Virus genome (UHGV): UHGV-0281911
DNA: 10,813 nucleotides
Strand: one strand, 5' to 3'
From: a virus
In this document: positions 1-6,007 of the stretch, piece after piece
Layout: every line of letters starts with the position of its first letter
Position numbering within the stretch: position 1 is the first letter of the stretch
Notes under the pieces: model-generated
Seen by the model: only the letters and a program-made list of their open reading frames with translations
Told to the model about the DNA's origin: nothing
Database searches by the model: none
Made by a program: the position numbers and the translations under genes

Positions 1-79
1 CCTTTACAGCCTTCACAAGGCGATTCCACGCTTTTTCCTGTTCTGGCGTCAGGTCGATTAATTCCTGCAAAGTTGCCAT
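1..79 (-). CDS. Hypothetical phage protein, N-terminal fragment (gene runs off the window start)
   Basis: Minus-strand ATG at 79-77 opens MATLQELIDLTPEQEKAWNRLVKAVK... and continues past position 1. It starts 1 nt after the stop (83-81) of the upstream same-strand gene. Confidence 0.4.
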   Translation of the reverse strand, partial: MATLQELIDLTPEQEKAWNRLVKAVK

Positions 80-80
80 A

Positions 81-740
81 TCACTCTCCTTTGATGCGAA
101 TGCCAGCGGCGCGGATAGATTTCCATTGTTCCCACATGCGGTTGAAGTCTGTTCCTGATAAGGTCGCGTTACGGTATCCAGTTTCGGTGCGCAATCCTTC
201 AAGCGTCGATTTGGAAATACAAATTGAATGCATTACCCATGATTCAAACAAATCACGCTCCCGAGCTTCGCAACTTTGTTTACTCATCTCTTCAATGCAT
301 TGTTTAGCTTCTAAATCAGCAATTCTGTCAACTACGGCATCGACGGCATCTGAAAAGCCGAACCAGTTACTCCACTCAGGCCTATCCCCGGTTGCTGCAA
401 AGTACATATCAGCTAAAGCAGACTCAGCATGGTCACGCTCGTTGATGAGTTGCTCTTCGCTTTTCTCCAGTTCTGCTATGCGCTTTTTTGCTGCTTCCAG
501 CTCAACGCGCAGCTTCCCTACCGTTAGCGCAATATCCTCGTTCTCCTGGTCGCGGGATTTGATGTATTGCTGGTTCCTTTCCCGTTCATCCAACAATGCC
601 AGCGCGATATCTGGCGAAAAGTGCTTCATAAAATCGTTAAGCGCATTAATTCGCTGATCGAAAGGCATTACAGGTGCTTCACCAGCAATTTTTGTTTTTT
701 CAGCGATTTCACGAAGCTTTTGATAGTCAATCTTGCTCAC
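81..740 (-). CDS. Phage protein with coiled-coil character, possibly Ead/Ea22-like family
   Basis: 219-aa ORF starting MSKIDYQKLREIAEK, charged heptad-like middle section. The plus-strand ORF over the same span (73..657) is Ser-rich and low-complexity, typical of antisense. Start overlaps the stop of the 737..1174 gene by 4 nt. Family name is from memory only. Confidence 0.6.
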   Translation of the reverse strand: MSKIDYQKLREIAEKTKIAGEAPVMPFDQRINALNDFMKHFSPDIALALLDERERNQQYIKSRDQENEDIALTVGKLRVELEAAKKRIAELEKSEEQLINERDHAESALADMYFAATGDRPEWSNWFGFSDAVDAVVDRIADLEAKQCIEEMSKQSCEARERDLFESWVMHSICISKSTLEGLRTETGYRNATLSGTDFNRMWEQWKSIRAAGIRIKGE

Positions 741-1174
741 TGGCTGCCTCCTTTGCGAAGCTGGGCGGCTAACTCATCACATATGTGCGTCAAAGAACAA
801 AGTTTGATTGATGGATGTTCGCGCATCATCTCTACCCCCTGCGCCCGCACTTCAGACAGGAAAGCATCGGTGGCTGGCATATTTCCTGTTGCCTTCATTG
901 CCTCCAAAATAACCAGAACGCCATCTCGCCCAATCTCCTCGCAGATAACCTCGGTGCTGTCGCCAACAACATCGCAAAATGCCTGAACTGCTTTACGAGC
1001 CAGCGCATTCTCCGCAGCCAGCGCATTAGCACGCACCAGTTGCACTTCCAGTTGCGTTGCCAAATAGCTGATCAGCTTTGCCACACTGCGCATATCAACG
1101 GCACCACATTCTGCTTTCAGTTCCGAAGCCATCTCATGCCCGGCGGCAACTAACCCTTTGATATTACTTTCCAT
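737..1174 (-). CDS. Hypothetical phage protein
   Basis: 145-aa ORF, same strand and tightly packed with neighbours (4-nt overlap with the downstream gene). The antisense ORF 815..1153 looks like low-complexity junk. Confidence 0.65.
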   Translation of the reverse strand: MESNIKGLVAAGHEMASELKAECGAVDMRSVAKLISYLATQLEVQLVRANALAAENALARKAVQAFCDVVGDSTEVICEEIGRDGVLVILEAMKATGNMPATDAFLSEVRAQGVEMMREHPSIKLCSLTHICDELAAQLRKGGSQ

Positions 1175-1235
1175 CTTTACCCTCGCTTATCCACATAACT
1201 TATTGATTACATTGATAACTAAAAAGATCGTCGAT

Positions 1236-1580
1236 TCAGAACTCTTCGATGTTCCAGCCACCACCTGCTTTCTTTGGTTTAACCGTTACCCCGATGATTC
1301 GGAACGGATACTGATCTGCGGCGACTTTGGTTTTCACCCTGGCGTCGTCGGTCCAGAAACCTTTCACTTCGTGCAGTTCCATCTCGCCGGTGGCGAGCAT
1401 CACAGCAAAATCGGGCGTATAGAACGTGTTGTCAGCTAATCGCAGCTTGATACCCTCAAATCGATACCAGGCGATTTCCCCTGCACGTTTACGCAGCTCA
1501 AGGTGCTGGCAATACGCAGATTCTGTTTTGTTCATCTGGCCTGTTTTGAGTCGACCAAGAGCCTGTATCTGTTTTCTCAT
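1236..1580 (-). CDS. Small phage protein, possibly DUF1064-like (putative PD-(D/E)XK-fold)
   Basis: 114-aa ORF. Upstream reads AGGGGTAAATT-ATG (Shine-Dalgarno-like) and a promoter/operator module sits directly 5'. Family assignment is from memory and unverified. Confidence 0.6.
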   Translation of the reverse strand: MRKQIQALGRLKTGQMNKTESAYCQHLELRKRAGEIAWYRFEGIKLRLADNTFYTPDFAVMLATGEMELHEVKGFWTDDARVKTKVAADQYPFRIIGVTVKPKKAGGGWNIEEF

Positions 1581-1583
1581 AAT

Positions 1584-1660
1584 TTACCCCTGAGGTAATT
1601 AAAAACCACATAAGACACGAAATCAATAGAGTTTAGAATATTTTATTACCTCACAGGTAA
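1584..1660 (-). promoter_or_regulatory. Repressor-controlled promoter module: operator (1646-1660), -35 TTGATT (complement of 1621-1626), 17-bp spacer, -10 TTTAAT (complement of 1598-1603), operator (1584-1598)
   Basis: Two TTACC-N5-GGTAA palindromes (TTACCCCTGAGGTAA, TTACCTCACAGGTAA) 62 bp apart centre to centre. Operator to -35 gap is 19 bp and -35 to downstream operator gap is 22 bp, identical to the PL-like module at 4639-4715. Confidence 0.5.
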
Positions 1661-1667
1661 TTATCGA

Positions 1668-1692
1668 GACGTAAAAAAATGCGCTATCGCGC
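1668..1692 (-). terminator. Possible weak intrinsic terminator after the P-like gene
   Basis: On the minus-strand transcript, a short GCGC/GCGC stem with GAUA loop is followed by a run of seven U (plus strand aaaaaaatgcgctatcgcgc). The stem is only 4 bp, so this is tentative. Confidence 0.3.
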
Positions 1693-1697
1693 TGGTA

Positions 1698-2474
1698 TTA
1701 CTTGATAAATCCTGCCGCCTTTCCCCGCCTGTATTCCTCCATCAGCCACTGCGCCGGTGTTATTCCCCCAAGGGTGGCGGCGTTAGGCATGCACCCGAAA
1801 CTTCGCCCTGGTGGATGGTAAACGTCTCTCCCTGTGTCCGGAGGCGTACTCATGGGTTCTGGCTTTGCCTGTATGCTGATCACCGGATCGGGTATCTGCT
1901 GTCCTGAAGCCACCTTTTTCGCCCAATCATCGAGCAGCCTGCGCGCGTGTTTCTCAACCTCAATCTCGCTAAGCTGGCGCTGATACATTGCACGGCGGGT
2001 ATCACATACGACCCAGTACATAACCGGGTGCCGCCACGGGAATCTTTCGGGACCACCAGGATATAAACTTTTTTCCTTGCTGTACCGGTGAAACTCTGCC
2101 ATCACATCGTCAATGGTGACGCCAAGAACCATCTTGCTGTCTTTACACCACTTGATGAATTGCCCTGGCGACGGCCAGAACGGAGACTCACTGGCGCGGG
2201 CGTGGCGCATACCAGCGTTAACCTGTTCCATTGTAGTGATCCCATTCTCCAGAAACGCAAGCATCCATTGCTTACGGAATTCATTAAGTTTGTTCTGCTC
2301 CCTTATGGTCGAAACGCTTGCGGGAAATGCAGCCTGTAACTGGACAAATAGTTCATTGAAAATTCTAGCGACCTGCTCCTTTTTGCCATTGCTGTCACGC
2401 CGCTCTTCATGCACAGCAACACCATGCTCACGTAAGCGATCGTACTCATTGAGAAGTTCTGGAGTTGATTTCAT
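1698..2474 (-). CDS. Replication protein P-like (DnaB helicase loader)
   Basis: 258 aa. The segment QVARIFNELFVQLQAAFPAS...WMLAFLENGITTMEQVNAGMRHAR...PSPGQFIKWC closely parallels lambda P as I remember it (QVAQIINGVFSQLLATFPAS...WVLAFRENGITTMEQVNAGMRVAR...PSPGQFVAWC). Lies directly downstream of the O-like gene. Confidence 0.85.
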   Translation of the reverse strand: MKSTPELLNEYDRLREHGVAVHEERRDSNGKKEQVARIFNELFVQLQAAFPASVSTIREQNKLNEFRKQWMLAFLENGITTMEQVNAGMRHARASESPFWPSPGQFIKWCKDSKMVLGVTIDDVMAEFHRYSKEKSLYPGGPERFPWRHPVMYWVVCDTRRAMYQRQLSEIEVEKHARRLLDDWAKKVASGQQIPDPVISIQAKPEPMSTPPDTGRDVYHPPGRSFGCMPNAATLGGITPAQWLMEEYRRGKAAGFIK

Positions 2475-3270
2475 CCCACACCCCTTCTATCCAGTCAGTG
2501 TTATTCCAGTCAAGCTCATCGCTTTTCCCGGCGTTTTTTGATTTTCCCCTGATATGATTTACGTGCCTGGCGAATTTTTGTTCCCACTGAACCTGCGTGA
2601 ACACTTTGCCCTCAGCCATCCAGTAATCCCGGAATGCAGCAAGTTCAGCAGGTGTAAATTCCGGTTCCGGCAGGGCCGTTCCCCACAGCGCAGCACGCCG
2701 TCGAAAATCCGGCGACGGATGCCAGCCATCGGTCATCGGAAATTTCCCGATGGGTTCACTCAGGCCATCCAGAAATTCAGGTTCAGCCACCTGCAACGGC
2801 ATACCGTTCGCTTCACTGGTCGGAGCACCCTCGCGCACGTGCGCTATGTGTGGGGTTTTATATATATCTTCCTCTTCCTCTGGTAACTCCTTTTGTAACG
2901 CTGTTGGCGTTACTTTTTGCGTTACTCGTTTTCGATGCTCTGCCACTCTTCTATTCGTAAGTGCACGTTTTTTCGATGATTCTCCATTGTGTCGCTCAAA
3001 GTTTGGAAGAATTAGTTTGCCGTCATGATAAGCAAGCCATCCGACGCTAATGAGGGCGTCAGCAAATCCTGTAATAAAAGCGAGTCTATCAAGTACTCCT
3101 TTTGTAACGCTGCCAGCGTTACCGTCTATTGTTTGCTGGTCAGCCCATGCCCATATACGAACCAGCTTTCCAAGAACAGCATCTGGATCAATACCCAGAA
3201 TTTCTGCTATCTGAAAAATTTCAGGTTTATCAGGAGTGATAACTTCAACCTTAATCCAGCTGCTTGCCAT
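2446..3270 (-). CDS. Phage replication initiator/organizer (O-like position) with DnaT-like C-terminal domain
   Basis: C-terminal GKFPMTDGWHPSPDFRRRAALWGTALPEPEFTPAELAAFRDYWMAEGKVFTQVQWEQKFARHV resembles E. coli DnaT C-terminus ([26 protein letters not shown]...[20 protein letters not shown]). Start placed at ATG 3270 (MASSWIKV) because AAGAGGGGAAACCT precedes it; the ORF-track start at 3288 has no Shine-Dalgarno. Confidence 0.8.
   Translation of the reverse strand: MASSWIKVEVITPDKPEIFQIAEILGIDPDAVLGKLVRIWAWADQQTIDGNAGSVTKGVLDRLAFITGFADALISVGWLAYHDGKLILPNFERHNGESSKKRALTNRRVAEHRKRVTQKVTPTALQKELPEEEEDIYKTPHIAHVREGAPTSEANGMPLQVAEPEFLDGLSEPIGKFPMTDGWHPSPDFRRRAALWGTALPEPEFTPAELAAFRDYWMAEGKVFTQVQWEQKFARHVNHIRGKSKNAGKSDELDWNNTDWIEGVWDEINSRTSQ
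2887..2913. repeat. Iteron-like repeat copy 1 (CTCCTTTTGTAACGCTGTTGGCGTTAC) inside the O-like gene
   Basis: Near-identical 27-bp copy at 3096-3122. Contains inverted arms GTAACGC/GCGTTAC, with a further GCGTTAC half-site at 2919-2925. Lies in the acidic linker-coding part of the gene beside an AT-rich stretch (ttttatatatatc). Confidence 0.5.
3096..3122. repeat. Iteron-like repeat copy 2 (CTCCTTTTGTAACGCTGCCAGCGTTAC), containing a perfect 19-bp palindrome GTAACGCTGCCAGCGTTAC
   Basis: Direct repeat of 2887-2913, 209 bp away. The two copies are translated in different reading frames of the same gene (VTPTALQKE versus NAGSVTKG), so conservation is at the DNA level. Confidence 0.5.
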
Positions 3271-3463
3271 AGGTTTCCCCTCTTGCACTCTTTAGTGCAC
3301 AAGCAAATTCATTACGATGGCGGTTGGCGCTATTCATTGCACATTCAACACATGTTCCGTTCAGAACATACCTTTCAGAGAGATGGCCGTGACGGCACCG
3401 CTTTCCTGTGAAATAGCGATTTAACCCGGCTTTTGCGGCCTCCATTCTGGTTACTATCTTCAA
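3251..3463 (-). CDS. Small zinc-ribbon protein (CxxC...CxxC) at the cII-equivalent position
   Basis: 70-aa ORF with CRHGH...CVEC motifs. The candidate TTG start at 3463 is preceded by AAGAGG with an 8-nt spacer; an alternative ATG start lies at 3445. Sits between the tR1-like terminator and the O-like gene. Confidence 0.5.
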   Translation of the reverse strand: MKIVTRMEAAKAGLNRYFTGKRCRHGHLSERYVLNGTCVECAMNSANRHRNEFACALKSARGETYGKQLD

Positions 3464-3541
3464 TTTTTCCGCCTCTTTTTGTTATTGATATTGGATATTT
3501 TGCACAATTGGAAAATTTGATCAACCAGATTTGGTTTTTTA

Positions 3542-3556
3542 TTACCTTTGAGGTAC
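3542..3556. promoter_or_regulatory. Isolated operator-like palindrome TTACCTTTGAGGTAC (one half-site imperfect)
   Basis: Matches the TTACC-N5-GGTAA motif found at the immunity region. Lies immediately promoter-distal to the tR1-like hairpin. Confidence 0.3.
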
Positions 3557-3570
3557 GAATAGATATGAAA

Positions 3571-3590
3571 AGACCGCCGGGTGGCGGTCT
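3571..3590 (-). terminator. tR1-like intrinsic terminator downstream of the cro-like gene
   Basis: Inverted repeat AGACCGCC-GGGT-GGCGGTCT. On the minus-strand transcript the stem is followed by UUUUCAU. Lies 21 nt after the cro-like stop. Confidence 0.45.
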
Positions 3591-3611
3591 ACAGAGGGTT
3601 GTAGCTGGATA

Positions 3612-3842
3612 TCATGAGTAGAAGAAGTATGCCAGTTCTGCTTTTGAGCGCAGCCATTGTCTTGTTTTACAGGCTTTAAAAAGCCCATTCATCAATACTT
3701 TACCTGGCATTTTGCGCTTACCTGTTAAGTGAGTCTGGATATAGTGACTCGTCGTTCCGGCTTCCTGTGCGAAGGCTTCACGCTCATCCGGAGTAAGTGC
3801 AAGCCAGTGCTTTTTGAAATCGAAATGTCCGTTATCGCTCAT
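3612..3842 (-). CDS. Cro-like small HTH regulator
   Basis: 76-aa ORF with an HTH-like segment (LTPDEREAFAQEAGTTSHYIQTHLTGKR). Divergent from the repressor gene across an operator-rich intergenic region and followed by a terminator and replication genes, as cro is in lambda. Confidence 0.7.
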   Translation of the reverse strand: MSDNGHFDFKKHWLALTPDEREAFAQEAGTTSHYIQTHLTGKRKMPGKVLMNGLFKACKTRQWLRSKAELAYFFYS

Positions 3843-3867
3843 AGCTATTGCCTGATATTTATTTCAG

Positions 3868-3941
3868 ATAATAAATATTCACCCATAAGGTAACAAAAAT
3901 CAAGGATAGTTACCTATGAGGTGCATTTACCTGTTGGGTAA
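3868..3941. promoter_or_regulatory. OR-like region: three operator palindromes (3879-3893, 3910-3924, 3927-3941) with a PR-like promoter for cro on the minus strand; a weak PRM-like promoter for the repressor probably lies just downstream (about 3954-3982)
   Basis: Sites TCACCCATAAGGTAA, TTACCTATGAGGTGC, TTACCTGTTGGGTAA. The minus strand reads TTGTTA-17 bp-TATTAT (complement of 3891-3896 and 3868-3873), overlapping the first operator. Plus-strand candidate TTGAAT (3954-3959)-16 bp-TATGAG would give a near-leaderless repressor mRNA. Confidence 0.5.
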
Positions 3942-3996
3942 TATTGCTTTAAATTGAATCATCTACTGATTCATATATGAGGCGATTTTCCAGAAA

Positions 3997-4581
3997 ATGA
4001 AAAGTATCCAGGACGTCCGCAGGCAAAATCTCAACGACTTGATCGACCGTGAATTCAATGGTGTTCAGACGCGGATGGCAGAAAAACTTGGAACTCAGGC
4101 AAATCTGGTAAACCGCTGGGCTCTTGGCAAGAAGGTTATCGGCGACCAGGTTGCGCGAAAAATTGAAGCTGCCGCCAATAAACCCCGTAACTGGCTTGAT
4201 ATCGATCGCTCGCTTTCTCAGGAGGGGTTTCAGCCTGTCGGCCCAAGCGACATTGGTCAGCTGGCGGCTCACAACCTGGAACGCTGGATGAGCGAAAGCC
4301 GCGACCTTTCAACGCAGGGAAAACTACACCGCGCATCCGGCGTCGCCCAGGTGACAATCAGCCGCCTGTTAAACAATGAAGTCAGCGTTTCCATTTCCAC
4401 CCTGGAGAATGTTGCATCCGCATTCGGGCGTCACGGCTATGAATTACTGATTCACCCGCACGACCCTGCGACTATCAACTATGACCGCTCGCGCTACGCA
4501 TTGTTACCCGAAACAGAGAAGGCAAAGATCGAAAGTTACATTGAATTTGTCATCAGCCAGAACGAAAGAAGCAAACAATAA
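3997..4581 (+). CDS. CI-like prophage repressor with two HTH (XRE-like) domains and no recognisable S24 peptidase domain
   Basis: 194 aa. N-terminal HTH QTRMAEKLGTQANLVNRWALGKK and a second HTH-like segment ASGVAQVTISRLLNNEVSVSISTLENVASAFG. I see no Ala-Gly/Ser-Lys LexA-like cleavage module. Divergent from cro-like and followed by a strong terminator. Confidence 0.8.
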   Translation: MKSIQDVRRQNLNDLIDREFNGVQTRMAEKLGTQANLVNRWALGKKVIGDQVARKIEAAANKPRNWLDIDRSLSQEGFQPVGPSDIGQLAAHNLERWMSESRDLSTQGKLHRASGVAQVTISRLLNNEVSVSISTLENVASAFGRHGYELLIHPHDPATINYDRSRYALLPETEKAKIESYIEFVISQNERSKQ

Positions 4582-4601
4582 AACTATAGTTTTCAGTAAG
4601 T

Positions 4602-4628
4602 AAGCCGCCTCATGGCGGCTTTTTTATT
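4602..4628 (+). terminator. Rho-independent terminator after the repressor gene
   Basis: AAGCCGCC-TCAT-GGCGGCTT stem-loop followed by TTTTTATTG, 20 nt after the repressor stop codon. Confidence 0.75.
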
Positions 4629-4638
4629 GCCAACAAGA

Positions 4639-4715
4639 TTACCTTATGGGTAATTTTTTTAACTCATATCTATTGACATCAAACCAAATACGCATAATTA
4701 TTACCTCAACGGTAA
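4639..4715 (+). promoter_or_regulatory. PL-like early promoter module: operator (4639-4653), -35 TTGACA (4673-4678), -10 AATTAT (4696-4701), operator (4701-4715)
   Basis: Perfect -35 hexamer with 17-bp spacing to an A/T-rich -10, flanked by TTACCTTATGGGTAA and TTACCTCAACGGTAA, which are 62 bp apart. Drives the plus-strand recombination operon. Confidence 0.55.
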
Positions 4716-4734
4716 CAGACCGAGGTAACAAGTT

Positions 4735-4887
4735 ATGCAGTGGAAAATCATCAACGGTTGGTACTGCGTTACTGCATGCGGATTCATGAGCTGGAAGTTC
4801 CGCACCTTACAGGAAGGCATTAAGTGGGCTTTCGTCAGCAAAGAAGCTCGCGATGTGGCCAACGATAACGAGATATGGGAGGGCTGA
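4735..4887 (+). CDS. Small hypothetical protein (50 aa), first ORF of the PL-like operon; not in the supplied ORF track
   Basis: ATG at 4735 preceded by GAGGTAACAAGTT. Translates MQWKIINGWYCVTACGFMSWKFRTLQEGIKWAFVSKEARDVANDNEIWEG and ends 2 nt before the next gene. Confidence 0.4.
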   Translation: MQWKIINGWYCVTACGFMSWKFRTLQEGIKWAFVSKEARDVANDNEIWEG

Positions 4888-4889
4888 TA

Positions 4890-5189
4890 ATGAACGTTAA
4901 TCAGCAGAAAAATCTTCAAAAAATCATGCTGGCATTCGACAAGGACTACCGCCTGTCAGAACAGCTATATGACCGACAAGTTGAACTGATTGAGAGCATC
5001 CGACTTCATCAACTGTCCTCAACTTTCGACGTTGTAACAGGCAAAGGCGTTCGTCAGGAAGTGCTGGAGGCTGCTAAAGACAGCCCTGAGTTCGAAGAAC
5101 TGATGGATTCCTACCGGCGCGAGGCAATGGCAATTATAGCGCGCTGGGATCTGGCGGATCAGCTTGATGGGCAGAGGGAAGCGGCATGA
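4890..5189 (+). CDS. Hypothetical phage early protein (99 aa)
   Basis: ATG at 4890 preceded by GGGAGGG. The stop overlaps the start of the exonuclease gene (ATGA at 5186-5189), suggesting translational coupling. Confidence 0.6.
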   Translation: MNVNQQKNLQKIMLAFDKDYRLSEQLYDRQVELIESIRLHQLSSTFDVVTGKGVRQEVLEAAKDSPEFEELMDSYRREAMAIIARWDLADQLDGQREAA

Positions 5190-6007
5190 AACCGGGAATT
5201 TATTTCGACATCAGCAACGAAGACTACCACGCCGGTGACGGCGTGAGTAAGTCGCAACTGGACATGGTTGCCAAGAATCCGGCGCTTCTTAAATGGGTTC
5301 AGGCAGCACCAGAAGACGAAGAGAAAAAGTCTGCACTGGATATGGGAACCGCATTGCACTGTCTGCTTCTGGAGCCTGGAGAATTCGACAAACGCTTCAT
5401 TGTTTCACCGAAGTTCGATCGTCGGACGAAACAAGGTAAAGCTGACGAAGAAGCATTTCTTCGTGATGTAGCGGATATGGGGATTACGGTACTTGATGCC
5501 GAGCAGTGGCGGAAACTGGAGCTGATGCGTGATAGCGCAATGGCTCACCCGGCGGCACGCTGGATGCTGGAAGCACCTGGTTACTGCGAAGCATCAATGT
5601 ACTGGAACGATGAAGAGACGGGTGAGTTGTGCCGAATTCGTCCAGACAAATGGCTGAACGAGCACAACGTGATCGTCGACGTGAAAAAGGTTGCAGATAT
5701 GGACCGTTTTGCACGTCACATCGAGGAATTCCGCTACCACGTGCAGGACGCAATGTACCGCGAAGGCGCAATGAGGATTACTGGTCAGCCGCATGGTTTT
5801 TTCTTTCTTGCCGTGAGCGAAAGCATTGATTGTGGTCGGTATCCGGTACGCGTGTTCGGGCTGGATGCGCCGGATGTCGATGCCGGGCACGCTCTGTTCC
5901 GCCGGGATCTGAATACCTATCACGAATGCCGCATCAGCGATGAATGGGGCGGCGTGGAAATTATTAAACGCCCTGAGTGGGCACGCAAACAGGATATGTA
6001 CGTATGA
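5186..6007 (+). CDS. PD-(D/E)XK exonuclease, RecE (exonuclease VIII) C-terminal-domain-like
   Basis: 273 aa. Candidate catalytic motifs IRPDKW and IVDVKKV. Preceded by GAGGGAAG and translationally coupled to the downstream annealase gene (ATGA at 6004-6007). Family is from memory (DUF3799 / PDDEXK-like). Confidence 0.7.
   Translation: MKPGIYFDISNEDYHAGDGVSKSQLDMVAKNPALLKWVQAAPEDEEKKSALDMGTALHCLLLEPGEFDKRFIVSPKFDRRTKQGKADEEAFLRDVADMGITVLDAEQWRKLELMRDSAMAHPAARWMLEAPGYCEASMYWNDEETGELCRIRPDKWLNEHNVIVDVKKVADMDRFARHIEEFRYHVQDAMYREGAMRITGQPHGFFFLAVSESIDCGRYPVRVFGLDAPDVDAGHALFRRDLNTYHECRISDEWGGVEIIKRPEWARKQDMYV

Noticed and set aside
73-657. Plus-strand 194-aa ORF overlapping the 81..740 gene
   Set aside because: Ser-rich low-complexity translation typical of an antisense frame. 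The minus-strand ORF is longer, looks more protein-like and fits the operon.
2088-2541. Plus-strand ORFs (2088..2339, 2113..2541) inside the P-like gene
   Set aside because: They are antisense to a gene with a clear lambda-P-like sequence, and have no start signals or sensible composition.
3025-3411. Plus-strand 128-aa ORF across the O-like and zinc-ribbon region
   Set aside because: Antisense to two tightly packed minus-strand genes, with no ribosome-binding site and a low-complexity translation.
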